From contig CAWDZL010000002.1 in assembly GCA_963807045.1 (NCBI GenBank), positions 1,664,118 through 1,728,117 on the forward strand: a stretch of DNA of 64,000 nt, written 5' to 3'. This DNA is from an uncultured Actinomycetota bacterium. Its GTDB lineage: Bacteria; Actinomycetota; Actinomycetes; Actinomycetales; Cellulomonadaceae. Below the pieces are notes generated by a model. It was not told the DNA's origin. It saw nothing but the letters and a program-made list of their open reading frames with translations, and did not search any database. This document shows positions 9,342 through 18,502 of the stretch, piece by piece. The translations under genes and the position numbers were made by a program. Within the stretch, counting starts at the first letter, position 1. Each line of letters begins with the position of its first letter.

Positions 9342-9953
9342 ATGTCGGCGCGTGTGCTGGTCGCCTACGCGAGCAAGCACGGTTCCACGCGGGCGCTCGC
9401 CCAGGCCGTGGGCGGGGCGCTGCACGCGTGCGGCTGCCACGTGCGCGTGCTCCCGGCCGGCCTCGTGCACTCGGTCATCGGGTTCGACGCCGTCGTCCTC
9501 GGCAGCGCGATCTACCACGACCAGTGGCTGTGGGAGGGCCGCCGGTGCCTCAAGCGGCTCCGTCTCGAGCTCGACGAGCGGCCGCTCTGGCTGTTCAGCA
9601 GCGGTCCCGTCGGAGGCACGCCCGAGAGCGAGGAGCTCATCGCGCGCGGCTGCGGCGGGGGTGCGGTCCTGCCGGAGTCCCTGGCCCCGGCCGTCCAGGG
9701 CGTCCGCATGATCGACTACGCGGTCTTCGCCGGAAAGGTCGACGAGACCGCCGGGGGTCTGTTCGAGCGAGACGTGGCCCGTGGTGACTGGCGCGACTTC
9801 CGGCAGGTCTCGGACTGGGGGCACGCCGTCGGGGTGCGCCTGCGCCCGCCCCGCCCGGTGCGCACCGGCTTGCCCGTGGTGCACGTGTGCGGCGGGCTGA
9901 CGGTCCCCGCCGGCCACGTCGACCGGAGGACCGGGGCGTGGTCGCCCGCCTAG
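9342..9953 (+). CDS. flavodoxin-like fold protein (flavodoxin/HemG-like)
   Basis: The N-terminus MSARVLVAYASKHGSTRALAQ is a classic flavodoxin-like start. GGGAGA RBS. Confidence 0.7.
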   Translation: MSARVLVAYASKHGSTRALAQAVGGALHACGCHVRVLPAGLVHSVIGFDAVVLGSAIYHDQWLWEGRRCLKRLRLELDERPLWLFSSGPVGGTPESEELIARGCGGGAVLPESLAPAVQGVRMIDYAVFAGKVDETAGGLFERDVARGDWRDFRQVSDWGHAVGVRLRPPRPVRTGLPVVHVCGGLTVPAGHVDRRTGAWSPA

Positions 9954-9972
9954 GGCTCCTGCGCGGATCCCG

Positions 9973-10560
9973 TCAGTCGGTGGCGATGTAGGGCGCGATG
10001 AGCGCGCCCAGGAGTCGCTCGGCGTCGGCTGGTGTCGGCTGCCCGCCGACCTCCACGGAGGCGTACCAGGTTTCTGTGAGAAGCCACAGGGCGCGCGCGA
10101 GGTCGACGACGTGCGCCTCGTCGAGCCGGACGAGCCCCTCGGCGCGCCAGGTGCGTACCACCGCAACGACGAGGGCGGTCCTGCGGTCGCGGTCGGTCAG
10201 GTAGGCGTCTCGCAGCAGCGGGTCGGCGTGCACGAGCGCGGGCAGCTCGCGCGGGAGGAACCGGTACGCCGCTGTCAGCTCCGTGGCCTCGGCGAGCCGG
10301 TGGATGAGCGCGTCGGGCGTCGCGACGTCGTCGGCCTCCCACAGGGCGCCGTGCGCGGCGGCGTAGCGCTGCCACAGCGCTCGGACGATCTCCTGCTTGT
10401 CGGAGTACCAGTAGTAGAGGTTGCCGGGGCTGATCCCCAGGTGGTCGGCGATGTGGTTGGTGGTTGTGCGCCCGGTTCCTCGCTCGTTGAAGAGCTCGAG
10501 GGCGGCGTCCAGGATGCGCGCGCTGGTGCGTCGACCTGCGGCTCCGCGACGACCCGTCAT
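9973..10560 (-). CDS. TetR/AcrR family transcriptional regulator
   Basis: N-terminal HTH (ILDAALELFNERGTGRTTTNHIADHLGISPGNLYYWY). Confidence 0.8.
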   Translation of the reverse strand: MTGRRGAAGRRTSARILDAALELFNERGTGRTTTNHIADHLGISPGNLYYWYSDKQEIVRALWQRYAAAHGALWEADDVATPDALIHRLAEATELTAAYRFLPRELPALVHADPLLRDAYLTDRDRRTALVVAVVRTWRAEGLVRLDEAHVVDLARALWLLTETWYASVEVGGQPTPADAERLLGALIAPYIATD

Positions 10561-10716
10561 GGCTCTAGAGCATAAGCTCTAGGGCGATCCATCGATCGGC
10601 ACCACGACCGCGTGGCGCCGATCGGCACCCCTGTGGAGAACTGCGGACGGCTCACGGGCCGTGCGCTAGCGTCCTCGCCGTATCCGGCGACGCCGGCGTG
10701 AGGGGGAGCGGACGAG

Positions 10717-11352
10717 ATGATCATCTTCGGCCTGCGGGTGCTGAGGAAGCTTCTGGGCACCGGCGTGTTCCACTGCCCGCGGTGCGGGCGCGACTGCGCG
10801 TTCAAGCACCTGCGTGCGCGGCGGTGGTTCCACATCTTCTTCATCCCCCTGATCCCGCTGGACGACGTCGGCACCTACGTCGAGTGCCAGGCGTGCCGCG
10901 GCACGTTCGTCGACGCGGTGCTGAGCGCGCCGACGAACGCGCAGCTCGAGGAGGCCCTGGCCGTCGCCGCCCGGGCCGCCGTCGCGCACCTCGTGTCCCT
11001 GGCGCCCGGCCCGGAGGTCGAGGCGCGGGCGATCGCCCGCCTCGCAGGCGCGGCGCGCGTGGCGCCGGGGTACGACGCCGCAGCCCTGGCCGCAGACGTC
11101 GCCGCCTATGCCGCGCCGGACGCCGTCATGGCGCGGGTGCGGGCCCTTGGCCCCGTCCTCACCGCTGTCGGGCAGGAGGCGTTCCTGCGGCGCGTCGTCG
11201 TCGTGGCGGCGGCTCTGCCGGAGCGCGCCACTGCCAGCGCAACGCAGGCGGTGGACGCGTACGCCGAGGCGATCGGGGCGAGCCCGACCCTCGTCACCGG
11301 GCTGCGCGTCGCGGCCGCCCGCGACGAGGCGGGGCTGCCCGGGGAGCGTTGA
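10717..11352 (+). CDS. zinc-ribbon domain-containing hypothetical protein
   Basis: CPRCG...CQAC zinc-ribbon at the N-terminus followed by an Ala-rich domain. RBS GAGGGGGAG. Confidence 0.55.
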   Translation: MIIFGLRVLRKLLGTGVFHCPRCGRDCAFKHLRARRWFHIFFIPLIPLDDVGTYVECQACRGTFVDAVLSAPTNAQLEEALAVAARAAVAHLVSLAPGPEVEARAIARLAGAARVAPGYDAAALAADVAAYAAPDAVMARVRALGPVLTAVGQEAFLRRVVVVAAALPERATASATQAVDAYAEAIGASPTLVTGLRVAAARDEAGLPGER

Positions 11353-11370
11353 GCGGGGCCGGCGGGGCCC

Positions 11371-11871
11371 TCAGTCGTCGCCGCCGGAGGCCATGAGCTC
11401 GCGCAACGCCTCGACCACCAGGGCGTGGTCGTCCTCCTGGGCCAGTCCGGAGACGGTCACGGTGGCGACCATCCCGACGTCGCGCACGCGCACCGGGAAG
11501 CAGCCCCCGTGCGCGGCGAACCTGCGCTCGTCGAACCATGCCTCGTCCTCGATCCGGCGGCCCGCCAGCTGCGGGCGGAGGCCGATGAGGAAGGACGGCA
11601 CCCCGAACCGCTGCACGGCGCGGGTCTTGCGGCGCACCCAGTCGTCGTTGCTCTCGGCGGTGCCCTCCATGGCCAGGTGGAAGATCACCTGCATGCCCCG
11701 GGTGACGTCGATCGTCACGGGCAGGCCGCGGTCGACCGCGTAGCGGTGCAGGATCAGGCCCAGGCGGTGCGCGTCGCCGTTGGTGAACCGCTCGAGCTGC
11801 AGCTCCTCGAGCTCTGCCTCGATCTCGCGGACCTTCGCCTCGAGCTCCGGCGCCGGTGTCTGCTCGGTCAT
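11371..11871 (-). CDS. heme-degrading/UPF0303 (DUF336-like) domain protein
   Basis: 166 aa, similar to the UPF0303/GlcG-like family. Confidence 0.65.
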   Translation of the reverse strand: MTEQTPAPELEAKVREIEAELEELQLERFTNGDAHRLGLILHRYAVDRGLPVTIDVTRGMQVIFHLAMEGTAESNDDWVRRKTRAVQRFGVPSFLIGLRPQLAGRRIEDEAWFDERRFAAHGGCFPVRVRDVGMVATVTVSGLAQEDDHALVVEALRELMASGGDD

Positions 11872-12073
11872 CGACGTCCTCTCCGTCCGGGCGCTGCCGT
11901 CGCGTTCCTACCGGCAGCGCTGTCCTCGCCAGTATCGCGCTCGGACCCCGACGCTCCGCTGCAGCGAAACGTGCGTATGGCGACGGGTTCGCGAGAGGCC
12001 GCCCCCGGTCCGCACGAACATGCACCCGCTGTGCGCGCGACAGTTGTGCGCACAGCGGGTGGACGCGCGCAGG

Positions 12074-12198
12074 GCGCGGCGTGGCGTGGCGGGGCGTGGC
12101 GTGGCGGGGCGTGGCGTGGCGGGGCGGGGCGTGGCGTGGCGGGGCGTGGCGCGGCGTGGCAGGGCGGGGCGGGGCGCGGCGGGGCGCGGCGTGGCAGG
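12074..12198. repeat. 15-bp tandem repeat GGCGTGGCGTGGCGG: about 4.5 near-perfect copies followed by degenerate copies
   Basis: Read directly in the sequence. The repeat is intergenic, between the heme-degrading gene and the small membrane protein. It translates as GVAWR repeats in one frame. Confidence 0.85.
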
Positions 12199-12218
12199 AT
12201 CCAGGCAGGAGGTGGGCG

Positions 12219-12584
12219 ATGCAGGTGCGGCGGCTGTGGATCCCGGTGGTCTTCGTCGGGGCGTGCGTCCTCGTGGGCTGGTTGTGCGTGGCGGCACCCC
12301 AGCTGATCGCGGTGCTGCTCGGGGCGGCGCTCCTGGCGCTCGTCGTCGGCTTCGCGGTCCGCTTCGCCCGCGCCCCCGAGCACAAGCTGCGGGCCGCGCT
12401 GGCACCTGCCGGCGATGCGACGGAGGGCGTTCAGGACATCTACCTGGGCCGGCCGCGGCACCCCGTCACCTACGGGGGCGACACCCCGGACCCCGACCAG
12501 ACGCTGTTCGTCGACGCCCAGGAGCCCGAACCGGGCGACCTCCGTGGTCAGCGCCCCGCACCGGTCCCGCCGACGGCGCCCTGA
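12219..12584 (+). CDS. small hypothetical membrane protein
   Basis: ATG at 12219 immediately after the tandem repeat. Two TM helices, then an acidic tail. Confidence 0.4.
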   Translation: MQVRRLWIPVVFVGACVLVGWLCVAAPQLIAVLLGAALLALVVGFAVRFARAPEHKLRAALAPAGDATEGVQDIYLGRPRHPVTYGGDTPDPDQTLFVDAQEPEPGDLRGQRPAPVPPTAP

Positions 12585-12641
12585 GGGCCGGACGGTCGCG
12601 GCTCGTGGGCCGCAACCCGCGGGCTGCAGGTCGCGACAGCG

Positions 12642-13349
12642 CTACGCCTGCTCGCGCGTGATCGGCGGGATGAGCGCCGTCGTACGTCCCCGGCGGTAGA
12701 GCGTGGCGGGCCTGCCGGGCCCGTCGATGAGGGTGTGTCCGGTGTTCTCGAGCAGGCCCGGCGTCGAGGTCACCTTGCGGTGGAAGTTGCGCGGGTCGAG
12801 CGTGACGCCCCACACCGCCTCGTAGACGCGCCGCAGCTCGGAGACGGTGAACTCCGGCGGGCAGAACGCTGTCCCGAGCGAGGTGTACTCGAGCTTCGCG
12901 CGCGCCCGCTCGACGCCGTCGCGCAGGATGGCGGGGTGGTCGAAGGCGAGGTCGTCCGCCAACGCCTCCGCCACGGGGACCCAGTGCGCGGCGGCGGCGT
13001 CGCCACCGGCGTGTGGGTCCGGCAGCCGCGGGGCCATGACCAGGTACGCGACCGAGACGACGCGCATGCGGGGGTCGCGGTCCGGGCCGCCGTAGGTGCC
13101 GAGCTGCTCGAGGTGGGCGGGGATGCGGCGGACGCCGGTCTCCTCGGTCAGCTCGCGCGATGCCGCCCGCGCGAGGTCCTCGTCCGGCCGGACGAACCCG
13201 CCCGGTAGCGCGCGGCGTCCGGCGAACGGCTCCTCGCCGCGCGTCACGAGAAGAACCTGCAGGGCGTCGTCGCGCACGGTCAGCACGACGAGGTCCACGG
13301 TGACCGCGAACGGGGGGAAGGCGCCGGCGTCGTAGGCGGGTGTCGTCAC
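12642..13349 (-). CDS. nrtR: NrtR-type Nudix hydrolase/winged-helix transcriptional regulator
   Basis: Nudix box (GGFVRPDEDLARAASRELTEETG) plus the NrtR-type C-terminal domain (EFTVSELRRVYEAVWGVTLDPRNFHRKV). Confidence 0.75.
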   Translation of the reverse strand: MTTPAYDAGAFPPFAVTVDLVVLTVRDDALQVLLVTRGEEPFAGRRALPGGFVRPDEDLARAASRELTEETGVRRIPAHLEQLGTYGGPDRDPRMRVVSVAYLVMAPRLPDPHAGGDAAAAHWVPVAEALADDLAFDHPAILRDGVERARAKLEYTSLGTAFCPPEFTVSELRRVYEAVWGVTLDPRNFHRKVTSTPGLLENTGHTLIDGPGRPATLYRRGRTTALIPPITREQA

Positions 13350-13362
13350 GACTGGAGGCTAT

Positions 13363-13413
13363 CTCGTCAACTTGACGAGAACAAGCCGTGCCGGATATCG
13401 TCATGGCGACGAG
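13363..13413. promoter_or_regulatory. two palindromic candidate operator sites sharing the half-site TCGTCA (cTCGTCAAcTTGACGAg and aTCGTCAtggcGACGAg) in the nrtR/SPFH divergent intergenic region
   Basis: Inverted repeats read directly in the 91-bp intergenic region. The second one overlaps the SPFH RBS region. Confidence 0.45.
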
Positions 13414-13440
13414 AAAAGATCCGACCCCCAGGAGGCGGTC

Positions 13441-14472
13441 ATGGCCACCATCACGCGCTACCCGTTCCTGCGGCACCTGCGTGCCGCCCCCACGTCGCAC
13501 ATCCTGCACCTGCGGGCCGGGACGGTCCGGCACGACGGCGCGGGGCAGGCCTTCTGGTTCCGGCCTCTCACGGCCGTCATCAGCGAGGTCCCGGTCGACG
13601 ACCGCGAGCTGCCGCTCGTCGCTCATGCGCGCACGGCAGACTTCCAGACCGTCACCGCGCAGCTCACCGTCAGCTACCGGTTCGACGACCCGACGCTCGT
13701 CGCCCGGCGTCTCGACTTCGCGATCGACCCCGGCACCGGGGCCTGGACGGGCACACCGCTCGAGCAGGTCGCCCACCTGCTCGGCGAGCTCGCCACCGGG
13801 CAGGTGATCGACGCCGTCGCGCGCCTGACCCTCGTCGAGGCGGTCGTCGCCGGGCCGGAGCTGCGGCGCGCCGTGACCGCCGGGCTCCAGGACGACCAGC
13901 GCCTCGCCGCCACCGGGATTACGGTGCTCGGCGCACGCGTCGGCAGCGTGCGCGCGGAGGCCGACATGGAGCGGTACCTCCAGACGCCGGCGCGCGAGGC
14001 CGCGCAGGGCGAGGCCGACAAGTCGACCTTCGAGCGGCGGGCGCTCGCCGTCGAGCGGGAGCGCGCCATCGCCGAGAACGAGCTCGCCAACCGCATCGAG
14101 CTCGCCGGCCGCGAGGCCGAGCTCGTGACCCAGGAAGGTGCCAACGCCCGCACGCGGGCCGACGAGGCGGCCGCAGCGGCGCTCATCGAGGCCCGGGCGG
14201 AGGCCGAGCGGGCCGAGCTGCAGGCCCAGGCGACGGCCAACGGTCGGCGCGTGGTGGGCGCGGCCGAGGCCGAGGCCGAGGCGGCCCGGCTCGCCGCCTA
14301 CGGAACCGTCGATCGTGGCGTCCTGCTCGCGCTCGCGCTGCGCGACCTGGCCGAGAACCTGCCGGCCGTGGGCAGCCTGACCGTCACCCCGGACCTCCTG
14401 ACGGGCGCGCTCGCCGGGCTCCTCGGAACGGGCGCGGGGCCGGCCGCCGACGCCGCAGCAAGGGGACGCTGA
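13441..14472 (+). CDS. SPFH/band-7 domain protein with coiled-coil C-terminus
   Basis: AGGAGG RBS before ATG 13441. SPFH core followed by an ERRA/EAE-rich coiled coil. Confidence 0.75.
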   Translation: MATITRYPFLRHLRAAPTSHILHLRAGTVRHDGAGQAFWFRPLTAVISEVPVDDRELPLVAHARTADFQTVTAQLTVSYRFDDPTLVARRLDFAIDPGTGAWTGTPLEQVAHLLGELATGQVIDAVARLTLVEAVVAGPELRRAVTAGLQDDQRLAATGITVLGARVGSVRAEADMERYLQTPAREAAQGEADKSTFERRALAVERERAIAENELANRIELAGREAELVTQEGANARTRADEAAAAALIEARAEAERAELQAQATANGRRVVGAAEAEAEAARLAAYGTVDRGVLLALALRDLAENLPAVGSLTVTPDLLTGALAGLLGTGAGPAADAAARGR

Positions 14473-14473
14473 T

Positions 14474-15385
14474 ATGGCCACCCCCCGGGTCGTCGTCGTG
14501 CACCGCCGCACCGAGTTGGAGGAGCTGCTGGACCGGCACGGCACGCGCGGGCAGGCCGAGTTCTTCCTGCGCACGCGGGGTCGCACCCTGGCCGCGGCGC
14601 AGGAGCGGCACGATGCGCAGGTCGCGGCGCTCGCGGACGTGCGGGCGGCGATCCCGGGGGACTGGCGGCGCGGTGATGTCGAGCGCGGCGACCTGCACCG
14701 GTTCGCCTTCGAGCCCGGGGACGTGTGCGTCGCCGTCGGGCAGGACGGGCTTGTCGCGAACCTCGCGAAGTACCTGGTGGGGCAGCCGGTCATCGGCGTC
14801 GACCCGGAGCCCGGTCAGAACCCGGGCGTGCTGGTGCGCCACCATGCCGGGGCGGCCGCGCGGCTCCTGCGCGCGGCCGGGGCCGGGCCGATGGCGGTCG
14901 ACGAGCTTGCGATGGTGACCGCGGCGCTCGACGACGGCCCCCGGCTCGAGGCGCTGAACGAGGTCTTCGTCGGGCACGTCAGTCACCAGTCGGCCCGGTA
15001 CCGGCTGCTGGCGCCCGGGGGTGCCGGCGAGGCGCGTGGGGAGGGGGAGCGGCAGTCGTCGTCGGGCCTCATCGTCGCCACGGGAACGGGCTCGACCGGC
15101 TGGGCGGCCTCCATCGCCCGCGACCGCGGTGCCCCGGCGACCGCCCTACCGCGCCCGACGGATCGCCGTCTGGCGTGGTTCGTCCGGGAGGCGTGGCCGT
15201 CGCCCGCCACGGGCGTCACGCTGACCGGCGGCGCGCTCGCCGAGGGTGAGGCGCTGACCATCGTCGTGGAGTCGGACGCGCTGGTCGTGTTCGGCGACGG
15301 CCTCGAGGCGGACCGGCTCACGGCGACCTGGGGTCAGACCGTGACCGTCGCGCTGGCCGAGCGCACCTTGCGCCTGGTGAGGTGA
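14474..15385 (+). CDS. divergent NAD kinase (PpnK/ATP-NAD kinase) family protein
   Basis: NADK motifs are present in altered form: GQDG in place of GGDG, NEVFV, and SSGLIVATGTGSTGW. The ATG lies 2 nt after the SPFH stop. Confidence 0.7.
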   Translation: MATPRVVVVHRRTELEELLDRHGTRGQAEFFLRTRGRTLAAAQERHDAQVAALADVRAAIPGDWRRGDVERGDLHRFAFEPGDVCVAVGQDGLVANLAKYLVGQPVIGVDPEPGQNPGVLVRHHAGAAARLLRAAGAGPMAVDELAMVTAALDDGPRLEALNEVFVGHVSHQSARYRLLAPGGAGEARGEGERQSSSGLIVATGTGSTGWAASIARDRGAPATALPRPTDRRLAWFVREAWPSPATGVTLTGGALAEGEALTIVVESDALVVFGDGLEADRLTATWGQTVTVALAERTLRLVR

Positions 15386-15467
15386 CCCGGGCGCGCCGTG
15401 CGGGCCGCCCGGCCGGTCGGGACCTTGGGCCGATGCGGGATGAATCCAGATTCACAAAACTTGAACC

Positions 15468-16196
15468 GTGACTCAGACGATGGCGGAACTTCTCGCGTGG
15501 CAGCGGCAGGTCGCGTTGCTCGAGGCGGACGGCACGGTGACCCGCGCCTTCCGCAGGCTCGACCCGGAGCGCCAGCGCGCCGTCGTCGGGGCCATCGTCG
15601 CGGAGGTCGCCGCGCGCGGTGTGCACGGCGTCCAGGTGAAGCCGGTCGCTGAGCGCAGCGGCGTCGCGGTCGGCTCCCTCTACCAGTACTTCCCGAAGCG
15701 GGACGGCATGGTTGCGGCAGCGGTCGGGGTCGCCGTCGGCTACCTCACGGCAGGGCTGGACGACGCGGCGCCCGCCATGGCCCAGCTGCCGCTGCGGGAC
15801 GGCCTCCTCGCCTACCTCGGGGTGGGCGTCGAGTGGAGCGCGGAGAACAGCGACCTGCTCAGGCTCTTCGCGCACGCCGCGTACGGTGGGTCGGCCGAGC
15901 ACGCCGCCACCGTCGTGCGGCCCGTCGCCGAGGCGATGCGCCGCGTGCTCCGTGCCCTCCTCGAAGGCGCCCGTGAACGCGGTGAGCTGCGCACCGACGT
16001 CGACGTCGAGACGGCGCTGCGGCTCGTGCACGTGGTCACGGTCGCCGCCGGCGACGCGCAGCTGCTGCCCCACCTCGACGAGTACTACCGGCTCTTCGAG
16101 CCCGACCGCGGGCCGTCCGTCGTGGTGCCGCAGCTCGTCGACCTGCTGATCCGCGCCATCGGCACTGACCACCAGGGCGGCGGGGAGTCCGCATGA
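15468..16196 (+). CDS. TetR family transcriptional regulator
   Basis: TetR-like N-terminal region. Alternative start ATG 15480. The stop overlaps the ATG of the ABC ATPase. Confidence 0.7.
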   Translation: MTQTMAELLAWQRQVALLEADGTVTRAFRRLDPERQRAVVGAIVAEVAARGVHGVQVKPVAERSGVAVGSLYQYFPKRDGMVAAAVGVAVGYLTAGLDDAAPAMAQLPLRDGLLAYLGVGVEWSAENSDLLRLFAHAAYGGSAEHAATVVRPVAEAMRRVLRALLEGARERGELRTDVDVETALRLVHVVTVAAGDAQLLPHLDEYYRLFEPDRGPSVVVPQLVDLLIRAIGTDHQGGGESA

Positions 16197-17194
16197 GCGA
16201 CCGAACCGCTGCGGCAGGCGTCGCCGACCCCATCGACCGCGCAGCGCACGTCGTCGCGGCCGACACCGTGCTCGCGCTCGAAGGCCTCACCAAGGCGTTC
16301 GGTGGCGTCGTCGCGGTGGACGGCCTCGATGTCGAGGTGCGCCGCGGCGAGGTCTTCGGACTGCTCGGGCCCAACGGGGCGGGGAAGACCACGACGATCC
16401 GGATGATCTGCGGCGAGCTCGTGCCCGACGCCGGTCGCGTCCTCCTTGGCGGCCGGCCCGTCACCGCCAAGCCGGACGACCGTGCGCGCATCGGCATCTG
16501 CCCCCAGGAGCTCGTGGTGTGGCCCAAGCTCACCTGCGTGGAGCAGCTGCGGCTCGTCGGCGGCCTGTACGGCCTGCCTGCCGCGACCGCCGGTGCGCGC
16601 GCCGAGGCCCTGCTGGACGACCTCGCGCTGACAGCGAAGGCCCGCGCGCTCGCCGGCACGCTCTCGGGCGGACAGCAGCGGCGGCTGAGCATCGCGCTGG
16701 CGCTGATCCACGAACCGGAGCTCGTGGTGCTCGACGAGCCGTCGGCCGGCTTGGACCCGCAGAGCCGCTCCCTCGTGCGTGACGTCATCCGCGCTCGAGC
16801 CCGCACCGCGACCGTGGTGCTCACCACGCACGACATGGACGAGGCGGACCGTCTGAGCGACCGTGTCGCGATCGTCGACCGAGGCCACGTGCTCGTGTGC
16901 GACACGCCGGCGGCACTGCGGCGCGCGCAAGGCGACGGTGTCATCGAGCTGCGCTTCGTCGGCGACGGCTCGGCCCAGGACGTCGCCGCGGCGGCCCTCG
17001 CCGGCGTCCGGGGGCTCACCGTCCGGCCCGCCCCAGGGCTGCTCACCGTGCGCGCCGATGACCCGACCGCTGCCCTGCCCGCCGTGCTGACGGCGCTGGC
17101 GGCCGCCGGCGCGCAGCCGGACGAGGTCCGCCTGCGGGCCCCGTCACTCGAAGACGTGTTCCTCGACCTGACCGGACGGAGCCTGCGCTCATGA
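16193..17194 (+). CDS. ABC transporter ATP-binding protein
   Basis: Walker A GPNGAGKTT, signature LSGGQQRR, Walker B LDEPSAGLD. Confidence 0.85.
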   Translation: MSDRTAAAGVADPIDRAAHVVAADTVLALEGLTKAFGGVVAVDGLDVEVRRGEVFGLLGPNGAGKTTTIRMICGELVPDAGRVLLGGRPVTAKPDDRARIGICPQELVVWPKLTCVEQLRLVGGLYGLPAATAGARAEALLDDLALTAKARALAGTLSGGQQRRLSIALALIHEPELVVLDEPSAGLDPQSRSLVRDVIRARARTATVVLTTHDMDEADRLSDRVAIVDRGHVLVCDTPAALRRAQGDGVIELRFVGDGSAQDVAAAALAGVRGLTVRPAPGLLTVRADDPTAALPAVLTALAAAGAQPDEVRLRAPSLEDVFLDLTGRSLRS

Positions 17195-18336
17195 GAGCCC
17201 GGATCATTGCGCGCAAGACCCTGCGTGAGGTGTGGCGCGAACCCGTGATGGTGGTCCTCACGCTCGTGTTCGCCCCCGCCATCGTGCTGCTGTACCTGAT
17301 GGTCTTCCCCGAGACCGCGCCCACCTACGGCGTCGTGGTGGTCGACCAGGACGGTGGGCCGGCCGCCGCCGAGGTCCGCACCGCTCTGCACGGGTTGCGC
17401 GGCGCGGAGGGCAACGCCGCCCTCGAGGTGAGCGACGCGGCCACCGTCGCGGACGCCCGCGAGGCAGTCGCTGATCACGAGGCGTCCGTGGTCGTGGTGC
17501 TGCCCGAGGGGTTCTCGGCGCGCGTGGCGGCGCTCGCCTCGGAGGCCGACGCGCAGCCCGTGCCCTACACGGTGTCCGGCGACCTGACGTCACCGACGTA
17601 CCTGGTCGCGGCGGTGCTCACCGACGCAGCCGTCCAGCAGGAGGTGACCGCACTGACCGGTCGGAGCCCGCTCGTGGACGTCACCGAGGAGGCGCTCGGC
17701 GGTTCAGCCACCCGGAGCGAGTTCGAGGTCTACGTGCCCGGGCTCATGGTGTTCGCCGTGATCATGCTCGTGTTCCTGTCGGCCATGGTGGTGGCGCGTG
17801 AGTTCGAGTCCGGGGGCATGCGCCGCCTGCGCCTGACCAGGATGAGCGGCGCCGACTACGTCATCGGGACGAGCGTCGTGCTGGCCGTCCTCGGCGCCGC
17901 AGCGGTCGCGTTGACGTTCGTCACCGCGTGGGCCTGCGGGTTCCGCAGCCAGGGCCCGATGTGGGTCGCCGGGCTTCTCCTGGCGCTCGCCACCCTCTCC
18001 GTGATCGGCGTCGGGCTGGTCACCGCCGCGGTGACGCGCACGGTCGTCAAGGCGTTCGTGGTGGCGAACTTCCCGCTCGCCGTCCTGATGTTCTTCTCCG
18101 GCGCGATGTTCCCGATGCCGCGCATCACCTGGTTCACGATCGCCGGGCACCCGATGGGACCCTTCGAGCTGCTCCCGCCGACCCACGCGGTGACCGGGCT
18201 GTCGAAGGTCGTCACCATGGGCGCCGGCCTCGGTGAAGTGCTGGTCGAGCTGGTGGCGCTCCTCGTGCTGACGGCGGCATCCCTCGGAACGGGCGTGTGG
18301 CTGCTGCGGCGGGCCGCGAGCCGACCTCAGGCCTGA
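17191..18336 (+). CDS. ABC-2 type transporter permease
   Basis: ATGA overlap with the ATPase. Six TM segments with ABC-2 topology, including a large extracytoplasmic loop. Confidence 0.8.
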   Translation: MRARIIARKTLREVWREPVMVVLTLVFAPAIVLLYLMVFPETAPTYGVVVVDQDGGPAAAEVRTALHGLRGAEGNAALEVSDAATVADAREAVADHEASVVVVLPEGFSARVAALASEADAQPVPYTVSGDLTSPTYLVAAVLTDAAVQQEVTALTGRSPLVDVTEEALGGSATRSEFEVYVPGLMVFAVIMLVFLSAMVVAREFESGGMRRLRLTRMSGADYVIGTSVVLAVLGAAAVALTFVTAWACGFRSQGPMWVAGLLLALATLSVIGVGLVTAAVTRTVVKAFVVANFPLAVLMFFSGAMFPMPRITWFTIAGHPMGPFELLPPTHAVTGLSKVVTMGAGLGEVLVELVALLVLTAASLGTGVWLLRRAASRPQA

Positions 18337-18502
18337 GCCGGCGCGCCGGTCCAGAGCTTCCCCACCCCTCACACGGGGGGAATCCTGCGAACCGGGACGA
18401 CGGACCCGCATCACGGGTGTCGCGCGGAACGTAGGCTCGACGCGTCCGGCGTCGGGCGGCGTCCCTGCCGACCGAACCGGCCCCTCCGGCTGAGGAGCCC
18501 GC

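Noticed and set aside
8400-10166. 588-aa minus-strand ORF
   Set aside because: It is R/G/P-rich and low-complexity, and antisense to the flavodoxin and LLM oxidoreductase genes. This is a typical spurious open frame in 74% GC DNA.
12074-12198. Possible CRISPR array
   Set aside because: The repeats are contiguous with no unique spacers, and the unit is only 15 bp. There are no cas genes. It is a simple tandem repeat.
11856-12584. ORF encoding GVAWR tandem peptide repeats
   Set aside because: The peptide repeats are simply the translation of the 15-bp DNA tandem repeat. There is no RBS or start upstream of the repeat. The real gene, if any, probably begins at ATG 12219.
12466-14793. 775-aa minus-strand ORF
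   Set aside because: It is antisense to the nrtR/SPFH/NADK-like genes. It has Arg/Gly/Pro-dominated composition and no domain-like segments.
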